64,000 bases of DNA from Pseudobdellovibrionaceae bacterium (lineage in GTDB: Bacteria > Bdellovibrionota > Bdellovibrionia > Bdellovibrionales > UBA1609): NCBI GenBank assembly GCA_043757545.1, contig JAYVPG010000069.1, forward strand, positions 9,427 through 73,426, read 5' to 3'. Shown here in pieces: positions 8,978 through 17,791 of this stretch (its first letter is position 1; every line of letters starts with the position of its first letter). Both the position numbers and the translations under genes were made by a program. The notes below the pieces were generated by a model. The model worked only from the letters and a program-made list of their open reading frames with translations, did not search any database and was not told the DNA's origin.

Positions 8978-10861
8978 ATGACCGATGAGAAGCTAATGAT
9001 TAAGTCTCGCATAAATGTCCTTATTATCGAAGACGACCTTACTCAGGGCCGAGCCCTACTTGAGGCCTTCAAGCGAGATGGCTACTCCGCTGTGCTCGTC
9101 GATTCGACCGTTAAGGCCCTTGCCGTCACTCAACGCACAGAATTTCAATGCATGATCGTGGATTGCATGTTGCCGACAATGAACGGTGTCGATTTGATCC
9201 TCGAGATTCTCCCCACACTTCCCCATAGTCCGAAGATCTTTTTGGTCACGGGAATCTACAAAGATCGTAAATTCATCAAAGAGGCGATGGCTCGCACCAA
9301 GGCCGAGTCCTTCTTCATAAAGCCGTTTAAAGTGGAAGATCTACTCGCACAAATGGAAGAGGTCTTTGCGGAAAGCGAAGACCCTGAACGGCCGACGGCA
9401 ATTGGGCTCTATGGCGCCGATTTGATGATAGATCATGAGCTTGTGGGCCTGATGGCCAAAGAGTCCACGCTGCACGCGTTTCATTTGCCGAAACTTTACC
9501 AGTGCATTCAAGACACGAAGTTGAGTGGAGCGCTCACCTTGATTTCCGCAATCGGTGAAATCAGTTCCGTTGGCTTTTTTGAAGGGCGAGTTTTTTCCGT
9601 AAAAACTCCGGACAAAGAATCCTTTTTTGGCGGAATAGCCGTCAGCCAAGGTTTCGTCTCACCCGAAGAAGTACTTGAAGCATTAAAACATCCGGACGGA
9701 AAGCTACTCGGCGAAAAATTGATTGCCTCAATGACTCTAAGTCCCCATGCCATTCAAGTTATACTCGAGGAACAACTCGCCTTGCGCTTAAGTCAGACAA
9801 TCCGAAACGATGTTGTCACCTTGCAATGGGAAACGCAGAAGCCTGCGAAACCAAAACACACTCTTGCCAGCAAACGGCTCGATCACTTGATTGAAGATTG
9901 GTTAGAATCAAAAATTACTCCAGACTGGTTGAAGTCGACTTTGATGCAATGGGGAGCTTATCTTTTAGAAGGTGAATACCACCCGCGCATTCACGGGTCA
10001 TTTACCATTGGCGAAGTTTTTGGCGACCTCGGTTTCCAATTGGACAAAGATCTCGTGCCGATGTTTAGAGCATTGATTAAAAATCTGGCCTCTATCGGAG
10101 CCCGCGGCGACAGTTCGCAAGACTTTACGTTTTTGGAATCGCGACTCGACAAGATGGCCGAGGACTTCCAACATCAAAACTACTTCCAGTTTCTCGGCGT
10201 TGGCGAAAAAGCTCAGCAGCGCGAAGTCAGCAAAGCCTTTGAGGGCTTCAAAGAGTCCTTCAATCCCGAAAGTCTTCCTGCCGCCTGCCCTCCGGAAGTG
10301 GTTGTGAAATGCAATTCTGTTTTTGTTATGCTGCAAAAGGCCTACGACACGCTCTCCAATGAAGTCGAGCGCCAACGCTATTTAAATCTGCTGCAAAGTC
10401 GTCGTTCTCAGGAAATGTTGGACGCTGAACCTATTTTTCGAGCCGCTATCACTGAAGTCACCAGTGGCCATGCAAAGGACGCTGCAAAGAAGTTCCAGGC
10501 GCTGATCGATCGCAAACTTGAATTTAAAGATTTGCGCGCTTACCGCATCTGGGCCGGAATAAAATGCGATCGAACGTACTCAGCGATTCGTTTGGATCAA
10601 ATTCCTCCAGAAGAACGCCATTCAGCCCCCTATATGATGGCAAAGGGTGTATTCTACCGTCGCAACGGTCAGTACAAAAAAGCTCTCGACTCATTCCGCA
10701 CAGCGCACATTTTGGATCCTCGCCTAGAGATTGCCAGACATGAGTTAAAACAGCTGGGTTCTGAACTCCAAAAAAAGAAGGCGCAAAATCGCGAGATGTT
10801 CAACGAAGTCACCAGTGTCTTTGAGAATCTTTTCGGTCGATCTGCGCGTCGAGGCGCTTAG
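8978..10861 (+). CDS. Response regulator with receiver, DUF4388/PATAN-like, degenerate J-like and TPR-like regions
   Basis: ATG 8978 is preferred over TTG 8930. The REC domain looks intact (IEDD, VDCMLP phospho-Asp, LVTG, IKPF). DUF4388-like segment: LSGALTLISAIGEISSVGFFEGRVFSV. J-domain-like segment YFQFLGVGEKAQQREVSKAFEGFKESFNPE has NPE where HPD is expected. The C-terminus is helical and TPR-like. Confidence 0.7.
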   Translation: MTDEKLMIKSRINVLIIEDDLTQGRALLEAFKRDGYSAVLVDSTVKALAVTQRTEFQCMIVDCMLPTMNGVDLILEILPTLPHSPKIFLVTGIYKDRKFIKEAMARTKAESFFIKPFKVEDLLAQMEEVFAESEDPERPTAIGLYGADLMIDHELVGLMAKESTLHAFHLPKLYQCIQDTKLSGALTLISAIGEISSVGFFEGRVFSVKTPDKESFFGGIAVSQGFVSPEEVLEALKHPDGKLLGEKLIASMTLSPHAIQVILEEQLALRLSQTIRNDVVTLQWETQKPAKPKHTLASKRLDHLIEDWLESKITPDWLKSTLMQWGAYLLEGEYHPRIHGSFTIGEVFGDLGFQLDKDLVPMFRALIKNLASIGARGDSSQDFTFLESRLDKMAEDFQHQNYFQFLGVGEKAQQREVSKAFEGFKESFNPESLPAACPPEVVVKCNSVFVMLQKAYDTLSNEVERQRYLNLLQSRRSQEMLDAEPIFRAAITEVTSGHAKDAAKKFQALIDRKLEFKDLRAYRIWAGIKCDRTYSAIRLDQIPPEERHSAPYMMAKGVFYRRNGQYKKALDSFRTAHILDPRLEIARHELKQLGSELQKKKAQNREMFNEVTSVFENLFGRSARRGA

Positions 10862-11574
10862 GCCTTTTTCTTATTAAAAAGATGTTCGACAAAGGCTTTG
10901 CGCTCACGTTCCAGATCCGCAAGATCCGTCGTCGCTTCCAGTTTGCGCAGATTGCGCACCTGCTCAGCGACCTCTTTTACCGCAAAGCCGTGCTCTTTAG
11001 GTGGAGCTTCTTTTAAAAACTTAGCATAACGATCTTGGCGCTCATTCGCGGGCATCGTCGAAGATTTAAGCGTGGACTCAGTCGCTCCACCGCCAAAGTT
11101 CCCGCCATGGCCGGCGACCTTTTCCATAACGGCTTCAGGCGGCATATTTGTTTTGAGTGTGCGAATCTTTTCTTCTTCGATTTCTTTCAATGAAAACTTA
11201 GAGAGCTTTTCCTGAAGGACTTGTTTATTCAATCCTGCCACATCCGCAATCATGTCCAAAAGGTTCGCCGCCGTGACCGGGCTTTCGAGCCAACCTGCCA
11301 CGCTATGGTCAGCCTCAACGGCCGAGCCCGCGGCGCGGATCAAAACCGTATGCGGTAGGCCACGCACTCGTCGCAATCCTCGACTGAGATCAAGGCCCTT
11401 CACGCGTTTTCCATGCGCAGTCATCACCACGACGTCAGGATTCATGGTCAAAACACTGTCTGAAAAAATGCGCGGATTTTGAATGCCATCGACGTCAAAG
11501 CCGATTTTCTTCAAGACCGTCTGAAGAAACATCAATTCGCCATAATCTTCGAGTACCATTAAAACGCGTAACAT
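10858..11574 (-). CDS. Receiver-like (probable pseudo-receiver) domain protein
   Basis: The N-terminal ~115 aa has the CheY-like pattern MLRVLMVLEDYGE...PDVVVMTAHG. It has Thr where the phospho-acceptor Asp is expected and EDY instead of DD. The C-terminal half is charged and helical. Its stop codon overlaps that of the convergent regulator gene. Confidence 0.45.
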   Translation of the reverse strand: MLRVLMVLEDYGELMFLQTVLKKIGFDVDGIQNPRIFSDSVLTMNPDVVVMTAHGKRVKGLDLSRGLRRVRGLPHTVLIRAAGSAVEADHSVAGWLESPVTAANLLDMIADVAGLNKQVLQEKLSKFSLKEIEEEKIRTLKTNMPPEAVMEKVAGHGGNFGGGATESTLKSSTMPANERQDRYAKFLKEAPPKEHGFAVKEVAEQVRNLRKLEATTDLADLERERKAFVEHLFNKKKA

Positions 11575-11682
11575 CTTGATTTTAGTATCGCTTCGCCAGG
11601 GCAGGGGGTCAACTCGACCTGGACAGTAGGCCGAAACCTGATATGCTCTTGGCCGTTAGCCCCAAAAAAGGAATGTGAGTCC

Positions 11683-12600
11683 ATGGCCGATGCGATCAAT
11701 AAAACTCGTCAAGAAACCGTTGAACTCCCCGTGCGTCGCTTTGTCGTCGAGGGCGGAAGAACTCCCATCGTCGTTGGCGACGGCCAGCCCCTTGCGCTAA
11801 TCGCTGGCCCTTGCGTGATCGACTCGAAGGAGCTGATTTTCGAGGCGGCCAAACGCCTGGTCGAAATCACTCAGCGTGTGGGCATTGGTTTGATTTTTAA
11901 ATCGTCTTACGAAAAAGACAATCGTGGCAGTGAGAAGAACTGGCGCGGTCCGATGGCCAATGAAGGATTAAAAGTTTTAAAAAGCGTACGCGAGGAGTTT
12001 GGCTGCCCGGTCTTGACCGATGTGCATCGCCACGAAGACATTCAGATGGTCGCCGATCATGTCGACGTTCTGCAAATTCCGGCTTACATGTGCCAGCAGA
12101 CTTCTTTGGTCTTGGCCTGCGGTCAAACGGGCAAAGCGGTCAACATCAAAAAAGGTCAGTTTCTGGCTCCTGAAACTATGGACAGCGCGGTTAGTAAAAT
12201 TCGCTCAACCGGAAATAAAAATCTTTTACTCACTGAGCGCGGCGCTTGCTTTGGTTACAATCGTTTGGTCGCCGATATGCGGTCGATTCCCGTGATGCAG
12301 ATGCTTGGAGCTCCAGTTTGTTTTGACGCCACTCACGTGGTTCGTCTGTATGGAATCTCCAGCTCGGATCCCGCCGGGGGCGAGCCGCGTTTTGTTCCGC
12401 ATCTAACCTTGGCCGCAGTTGGCGCCGGTGCCGATGCTTTGTTTCTGGAGTCCCATCCTCGCCCGATGACGGCGAAGTGTGATGCGGCCTCGCAACTCCT
12501 GATGGACAACTTGGAGCCGTTGCTAAAAATGGCAATTGCAGTACGTAAGGCCATTGGTTCACCGGAGAATGTTGGGACATTCAACGCTAAGCACCTCTAG
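11683..12600 (+). CDS. kdsA: 3-deoxy-8-phosphooctulonate (KDO-8-P) synthase
   Basis: LIAGPCVIDSKE, FKSSYEKDNRGS and QIPAYMCQQTSL are typical KdsA blocks. Confidence 0.9.
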   Translation: MADAINKTRQETVELPVRRFVVEGGRTPIVVGDGQPLALIAGPCVIDSKELIFEAAKRLVEITQRVGIGLIFKSSYEKDNRGSEKNWRGPMANEGLKVLKSVREEFGCPVLTDVHRHEDIQMVADHVDVLQIPAYMCQQTSLVLACGQTGKAVNIKKGQFLAPETMDSAVSKIRSTGNKNLLLTERGACFGYNRLVADMRSIPVMQMLGAPVCFDATHVVRLYGISSSDPAGGEPRFVPHLTLAAVGAGADALFLESHPRPMTAKCDAASQLLMDNLEPLLKMAIAVRKAIGSPENVGTFNAKHL

Positions 12601-12620
12601 CACCAGTTAGGATTTCAACG

Positions 12621-13718
12621 TTGCGCGGACTGCAGGCGATTCGCTACATCTTCTTTGAAACACTGCCCGCTTTTTTGATGGGCGTAGTTGTCTTTGTCTC
12701 CATACTTTTAATGTTTCAGGCGCTACGCTTAACTGAATTCGTCTTGATTCACGGCGTGGGTTTGCGCACGATTGCCCAGATTATGCTCTTTTTGAGCGTG
12801 AGCTTTCTGCCCGTGATCTTGCCGATGAGTCTTCTGTTCAGCGTATTACTCACCTACAATCGACTTTCCAACGACTCGGAAATCGTGGCGTTCAAGGCTT
12901 TGGGTTTGAGTATGGCCCAGCTCACCGTTCCCGCGGTCCTGCTCTCGGTTGCAGCAACTCTGATGTCCGCACAGACTTCTTTTTACCTTGGCCCTTGGGG
13001 AAATCGAAAGTTTGAAGTCTTGATGAATGAGCTTGGCCGGCAAAAAGTCGGCGCGACCTTAAAAGAAGGGGTTTTTTCAGAGGGGTTTTTCGATTTGGTA
13101 GTTTACGCCAATCACGTCAACTCGAAAGAGGGCTCACTAAAAGACGTTTTTATTTATGATGAACACGATCCCAAGGCGCCAGTAACGATCATTGCAAAAA
13201 CTGGTCACTTAATTCAAGAAAAGCGCTCCACCGGCCATGCGGCACTGTTGCGTTTGAACAATGGAAACATTCATCATACCCACCAGAGCACGTACACCAA
13301 AGTCGACTTTGATTCCTATGACATCAATCTCTTCGATCCCTTTGAGATTTCTGAAAAGAAAAAGTCAGGACCGTCGATGACCATCGATGAGCTTTCAGTA
13401 GAATTGAAAAAACCGGATCTGGATCCGTTGGATCGACGCAAACTCGAGTCCGAGTATCATCGCCGTTGGTCCCTCTCTGGCGCCTGCTTAATCTTTGCCC
13501 TGCTCGGGGTTGGATTGGGAACGGTTTCCAATCGCCGATCCTCGCGCGGCGCAGGTTTCGTGATTTGCTTAGGCGCACTGATCTCCTATTGGATTCTCTA
13601 TGTCTCGGCCAACAACGTCGCCGCCAACGGTTGGCTACCGGCTTCAGTCAGCTTGTGGATGGTCAATATTTTGTTCCTGCTCTTTGCGCTGCACAGTTTG
13701 AAAAGATCCTTCGCTTAG
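12621..13718 (+). CDS. LPS export ABC permease, LptF/LptG (YjgP/YjgQ) family
   Basis: N-terminal block IRYIFFETLPAFLMGVVVF...LPVILPMSLLFSVLLTYNRLSNDSEIVAFKALGLS, a periplasmic middle domain, and C-terminal TM helices. TTG start. Confidence 0.8.
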   Translation: MRGLQAIRYIFFETLPAFLMGVVVFVSILLMFQALRLTEFVLIHGVGLRTIAQIMLFLSVSFLPVILPMSLLFSVLLTYNRLSNDSEIVAFKALGLSMAQLTVPAVLLSVAATLMSAQTSFYLGPWGNRKFEVLMNELGRQKVGATLKEGVFSEGFFDLVVYANHVNSKEGSLKDVFIYDEHDPKAPVTIIAKTGHLIQEKRSTGHAALLRLNNGNIHHTHQSTYTKVDFDSYDINLFDPFEISEKKKSGPSMTIDELSVELKKPDLDPLDRRKLESEYHRRWSLSGACLIFALLGVGLGTVSNRRSSRGAGFVICLGALISYWILYVSANNVAANGWLPASVSLWMVNILFLLFALHSLKRSFA

Positions 13719-14597
13719 ACAATCCCAAAACGTAATTAAGTCCCGATGGTCGCGCAGCATGGTGGCACCCGCTTCTAAAAGGTCCAAGTTTCCCAAGCCT
13801 TGGGTTGCTGTTGGAAAAACGGGAAGAGTCGCCACTTCGCGGTTTTCTTCGATGCAAAGTTTAGCCGTCAGCAACGATCCACTGCGGCGATTGGCCTCGA
13901 CGACCACGCAACCGGGAGAAAGTCCGGCAATCCAACGATTGCGGATATGAAAAAAACTTTTGCGCATCGGTTCGCTCAGTCCGCACGTACTCATCATACA
14001 CCCTCCTTTGCCGACGACTCGCTTCCACAGATCCTCATGGCGGTCGGGATACGGATTGAGAAGTCCCGAGGGCAATACGCAAACTGTTGGTTGACCACAG
14101 TCTAGCGAGAGTCGATGGGCCCACTGGTCCACGCCGCGTGCGCCACCACTGACCACTCCCACTTTGCGCTGATGCAGAAATTCACTGAGCTCACGTTGCA
14201 TCCAAAGCAGACTGTCGCTTGCAGGCGTGCGACTTCCGACCACTGCCAAAAGCGGCGTCGTCTGCCAACAAGCCTCACCCATGTAACTGAATATGACGGG
14301 TCGACTCCTGAGGTCGAACCAACTCGCCGGATAGTCGTGATCGCCCATGCTTGACCAGCGAATCCCATGTTGATCGCTCTTTGCCAGTATCGCGCGCGCG
14401 GTTGCGATCCAATCGGCATTTTTCTGACAGTAAACTCGCGCGGCCTCCGTCTTAAGAGCGCCAAGCACGCTCCCAATTGAGAACGGATCAAGTTCGGGTG
14501 CCAGCAACCGCTCAAGGTCCACGCTTTCAAGCTTAAGGCCGATCGGAACATGTAAAAAAAGAAGGTTTCGTATATTCATACACGGTCCGCAATGCAA
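13644..14597 (-). CDS. dprA: DNA-processing protein DprA (Smf)
   Basis: Rossmann-like core: VVGSRTPASDSLLWMQRELSEFL...VVSGGARGVDQWAHRLSL...TVCVLPSGLLNPYPDRH. An alternative ATG lies at 14579. The 3' end overlaps the convergent lptF/G gene by 75 nt. Confidence 0.85.
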   Translation of the reverse strand: MHCGPCMNIRNLLFLHVPIGLKLESVDLERLLAPELDPFSIGSVLGALKTEAARVYCQKNADWIATARAILAKSDQHGIRWSSMGDHDYPASWFDLRSRPVIFSYMGEACWQTTPLLAVVGSRTPASDSLLWMQRELSEFLHQRKVGVVSGGARGVDQWAHRLSLDCGQPTVCVLPSGLLNPYPDRHEDLWKRVVGKGGCMMSTCGLSEPMRKSFFHIRNRWIAGLSPGCVVVEANRRSGSLLTAKLCIEENREVATLPVFPTATQGLGNLDLLEAGATMLRDHRDLITFWDCLSEGSFQTVQRKEQEQNIDHPQAD

Positions 14598-14651
14598 ACC
14601 GCGTCGGGGTTGACTGTCGATTGAGTTCGAGATGAGCGACTAAACGATCCT

Positions 14652-16019
14652 CTATTCGGACAAATCCAGGTCCGGACTATCGCCGATCGGCTCTGGCTCA
14701 AGCGGGGCTTCGAAATCTTCTTTGACCGGAGTGTTGAGATCCAGATCCTGACTCTTTTCCGCACGCGATTGTTGCTGAGCTCGGTCACCCTGCAAAACGC
14801 TATCGACCGCACTTAAAACAACAGCCGTTGCACAATGATTATCGACTTTAACGACTTTCACCGAGCCCGCAGGCTTAGTTGAAAAAGCCACCGCAGTTCT
14901 GGGCTCACGTAGCACGCGATCGGCAAAAAGGTCCAAGAGTTGCCCAGTCGCAACACCATCTTGACTGCCCTTATTTAGAAAGACGATGTCACCCGGACCA
15001 TAGAGCGCACTAGTGACATCTTTCGAAGACCCGATGACCTGAGCAACAACGCTACCACTTGGGCCACTCGCACTCAAATCCACAAAGTCCACTTTTCCAG
15101 GAACCAAATCGTAGTTTAAAATACTGAGACTGAACGCATGAGTAATCAATGCACGATAGACATCGAATTTCTCTTTGTCCGGTCCGTTCTTGACGGGTTC
15201 AGCGGTCTCAACAATCTCAATATCGCCAAAAACTTCAATAAAGCGGGCTTTGATGTCCCCTTCGACCTGATAATTGAGCTTATGCAAAATTCCGTGATCC
15301 TTCACGATCAACATTTTTTGCCCTATATGTCCCATTCCCTTTTTGATTTTAATAAAAATATACTGCATCGCCACTGGCAGACCCGACTCGTTTTCGTTTT
15401 CCAAAAAGGAGCCATATGCATCCAACTCACCATCTTGCACGTATCCGCTGACGAAGATTTTATCTGGAATACGATTTCGCTTGAACAACAGTTTGCTATC
15501 GTCAATTTCGAAATCATCCTTCCTGCTGTGGTAAACCTCTTGCCAGTCCGGAAAGCTGCTGGGAATCTTCAAGACCGGGCGAGGCGAAATTTCAGGTGGT
15601 GGCACTTCAACCTGGGATCCGCCGGGGACCTGCGCGGCCGCGAGCTCAATACCACTGTCGTCACTTTCCGAAAACCGAAACGCGGGGGTCTGATCTTCTG
15701 AGCCCAGCATCAGCTGAAGAGTGTGACCCGGTCGAACCAAATGCGGATTGGTGATGCTTTTATTCTGCGCCCAAACCTTTGGCCAATAAGCGCCGTCACC
15801 ATAGAGCATCTGGCTTAATCCCCAAAGACTCTCGCCTTTTTGCAGACGATAGCTCTCCATCAAACCTTCCGATGGAGTTTCTGCCCGTTGTTTAGGGTCG
15901 ACCACTTGAACATAATTGCGATGCAGCTGATCCTCCAAATTTAAATCCGGAGGATCGAAATGAGTGGCCCACACGGGAGCCGCAACAAGGCCTATGAAAA
16001 CGAGACTGTATTTTAGCAT
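14652..16019 (-). CDS. Secreted LysM domain (peptidoglycan-binding) protein
   Basis: Signal peptide MLKYSLVFIGLVAAPVWA. LysM motif: YRLQKGESLWGLSQMLYGDGAYWPKVWAQNKSITNPHLVRPGHTLQL. The tail is acidic. Confidence 0.7.
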   Translation of the reverse strand: MLKYSLVFIGLVAAPVWATHFDPPDLNLEDQLHRNYVQVVDPKQRAETPSEGLMESYRLQKGESLWGLSQMLYGDGAYWPKVWAQNKSITNPHLVRPGHTLQLMLGSEDQTPAFRFSESDDSGIELAAAQVPGGSQVEVPPPEISPRPVLKIPSSFPDWQEVYHSRKDDFEIDDSKLLFKRNRIPDKIFVSGYVQDGELDAYGSFLENENESGLPVAMQYIFIKIKKGMGHIGQKMLIVKDHGILHKLNYQVEGDIKARFIEVFGDIEIVETAEPVKNGPDKEKFDVYRALITHAFSLSILNYDLVPGKVDFVDLSASGPSGSVVAQVIGSSKDVTSALYGPGDIVFLNKGSQDGVATGQLLDLFADRVLREPRTAVAFSTKPAGSVKVVKVDNHCATAVVLSAVDSVLQGDRAQQQSRAEKSQDLDLNTPVKEDFEAPLEPEPIGDSPDLDLSE

Positions 16020-16046
16020 AACTAGAACATCCTTGTTCCGTATGTG

Positions 16047-16556
16047 TTAACGCTGAACCGACGGCCTAATCTTTTGCTTCGCGATCTGCAAATGCATCCA
16101 TGCGCGCTGAGACTCGGGACTTCCCGGGTACTCAGTGACTACTCTTTGAAAAACTCGTTGTGCCTGTGGAGCTAAATTCAATCGTTGATAGGTGATCGCC
16201 GTCGCAAATAGTGCACTCGGGCGCTTATTACTTTTCGTGTAGCGATCGCGGACCACATCGAAATCCTTCAATGCCTCGCCAAGACGGTTGTTTTGAAACT
16301 CGAGCATGCCGGATAAATAGTAGGCGTTGTCCAGATGAATGCTTTTCGGATAGTTCCGCTCCAGAACAATGCGCTGTTTGACGACTTCATCGAGTTGAGC
16401 GCGACGAAAGGCTTCGACAAGTCGCGTGTAGACCAAACGCTCGCCTTCAGGAAAGGCAGAAAGCTGTTTTGGGGTCGCGGCGTGCGCCACAAGGCCAGTC
16501 AAAAAGCAGCTCACCGCAGCGGCGCAAAATAGAACTATGACGGATTGCTTCTTCAT
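16047..16556 (-). CDS. Periplasmic TPR protein, YbgF/CpoB- or BamD-like
   Basis: Signal peptide. TPR-like repeats with the ...YP.S... pattern (ERNYPKSIHLDNAYYLSG; VTEYPGSPESQRA). Confidence 0.5.
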   Translation of the reverse strand: MKKQSVIVLFCAAAVSCFLTGLVAHAATPKQLSAFPEGERLVYTRLVEAFRRAQLDEVVKQRIVLERNYPKSIHLDNAYYLSGMLEFQNNRLGEALKDFDVVRDRYTKSNKRPSALFATAITYQRLNLAPQAQRVFQRVVTEYPGSPESQRAWMHLQIAKQKIRPSVQR

Positions 16557-16685
16557 CGTGATCCTCCCACTTCCCTAATGATAGTGGACTGTGCTGTTTT
16601 TGCAATATTTGTTGAAAGATCAAGCATGTATCTGACCTTCGAAAGTCGCAATGTGCCTCGTCATTAGGAATCCGTTAAGAATTAT

Positions 16686-16713
16686 CCACAGGAAATGTGC
16701 ACATCCCCTGTGG
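16686..16713. repeat. 28-bp near-perfect palindrome in a 350-bp AT-rich intergenic region (function unknown; possible operator)
   Basis: CCACAGG-AA-ATGTGCACAT-CC-CCTGTGG. The outer 7-bp arms and the inner 10-bp palindrome are perfect. It overlaps a consensus DnaA-box 9-mer, TTATCCACA, at 16682-16690. Confidence 0.3.
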
Positions 16714-16906
16714 TCACATGCCTAGACTTCTGTACAGACAAGGGTTTCAGCGATTTGCACAACCATTGAGCATATGTAAATACCTAATTTTAAATGTGAA
16801 AGTTGAAAAACGAGGATTTGATTTTACCGCCGTTACACGTTCTTAAATTCGAAACGCGGATCCACTGTAAGGCGAGTTCAGATTTGAGGGGGCTCTTCCC
16901 CTGACT

Positions 16907-17791
16907 TTGGGATTGCAGCGGGCCCAGACCATGCTGACCCTGCTGATTTTTTTAACATCCACCCGCTTTGCGCAGCTTTGGTCGCCCAATGGCATCCTGC
17001 GACAAGGTCCGTTCTTGTGTCGATCGGTTCTTCCACCCACTACATATGTGAATTTGTACGACGCGCTGGTGTGTGGAGCGAATCTTCCTCCAGGTCTTGA
17101 AAAGCAGATGTTCATCGATACGGGATTGATCCACCTCATGGTGGTCTCAGGATCTCACTTGGTGTTTATCGAAATGTTACTCGCCTGGATGCCGAATCGA
17201 CCGCGCTTGGCTCTGCTCGGAGCCTATTGCTACATCGTCGGTTTTCAAGCGCCAGTGGTTCGCGCGTTCTTGCGGCGAACAATTGCTCCCGTGTTAAGCA
17301 TAGGTTCAGGCTTGACCGCTTTGCAGGTGGAGGCCGCGGCCGTTGCACTTGCACTCTTTATATATCCGCCCTGGATTCTCTCACGATCGTTTCTGATGAG
17401 TTGGATGTGCGGGCTCGCACTATGTGCGCCGCGAATGATTCCACGCTATCCACATTTGGATCAAGCCGTGAAGAGCTACTTCTTTCTTCTGCCGTTTTGC
17501 TTCGCCTCACCTATGAGTATTGCGTGGAATACTTTGCTGGCACCATTTGTGGGTTTAATTCTATTCCCGGCCTGCGTGGCCTCGGTTGTCATTCCTCCCT
17601 TCCATATAGTAGTCGACCAGTTGTGGCGGGCGTTTCTGGGAATTTTGAATCTTGGCCCACAGGCCGCGCAGTTTCCGATTTTCTTATCGAGTGAGCAGCT
17701 TTGCTTACTGCCTATCGTGGTTCACGCTTTTTTACTGGTGATGGAGGTCCGATGGCGGCGCTCGTTGGCGTTTTCTTACTCGTCTTCTTAA
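16907..17791 (+). CDS. comEC: ComEC/Rec2 competence-channel membrane domain (first of two ORFs; lacks N-terminal OB/DUF4131 region)
   Basis: Polytopic. Competence-domain signature: DTGLIHLMVVSGSHLVFIE. It ends at 17791 in a different frame from the downstream MBL-domain ORF. Confidence 0.75.
   Translation: MGLQRAQTMLTLLIFLTSTRFAQLWSPNGILRQGPFLCRSVLPPTTYVNLYDALVCGANLPPGLEKQMFIDTGLIHLMVVSGSHLVFIEMLLAWMPNRPRLALLGAYCYIVGFQAPVVRAFLRRTIAPVLSIGSGLTALQVEAAAVALALFIYPPWILSRSFLMSWMCGLALCAPRMIPRYPHLDQAVKSYFFLLPFCFASPMSIAWNTLLAPFVGLILFPACVASVVIPPFHIVVDQLWRAFLGILNLGPQAAQFPIFLSSEQLCLLPIVVHAFLLVMEVRWRRSLAFSYSSS

Noticed and set aside
16682-16690. A perfect DnaA-box consensus, TTATCCACA, next to an AT-rich stretch. 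This could suggest a replication origin.
   Set aside because: It is a single box. A 9-mer is expected by chance in 64 kb on two strands with appreciable probability. There is no cluster of boxes and no dnaA/dnaN/gidA context.
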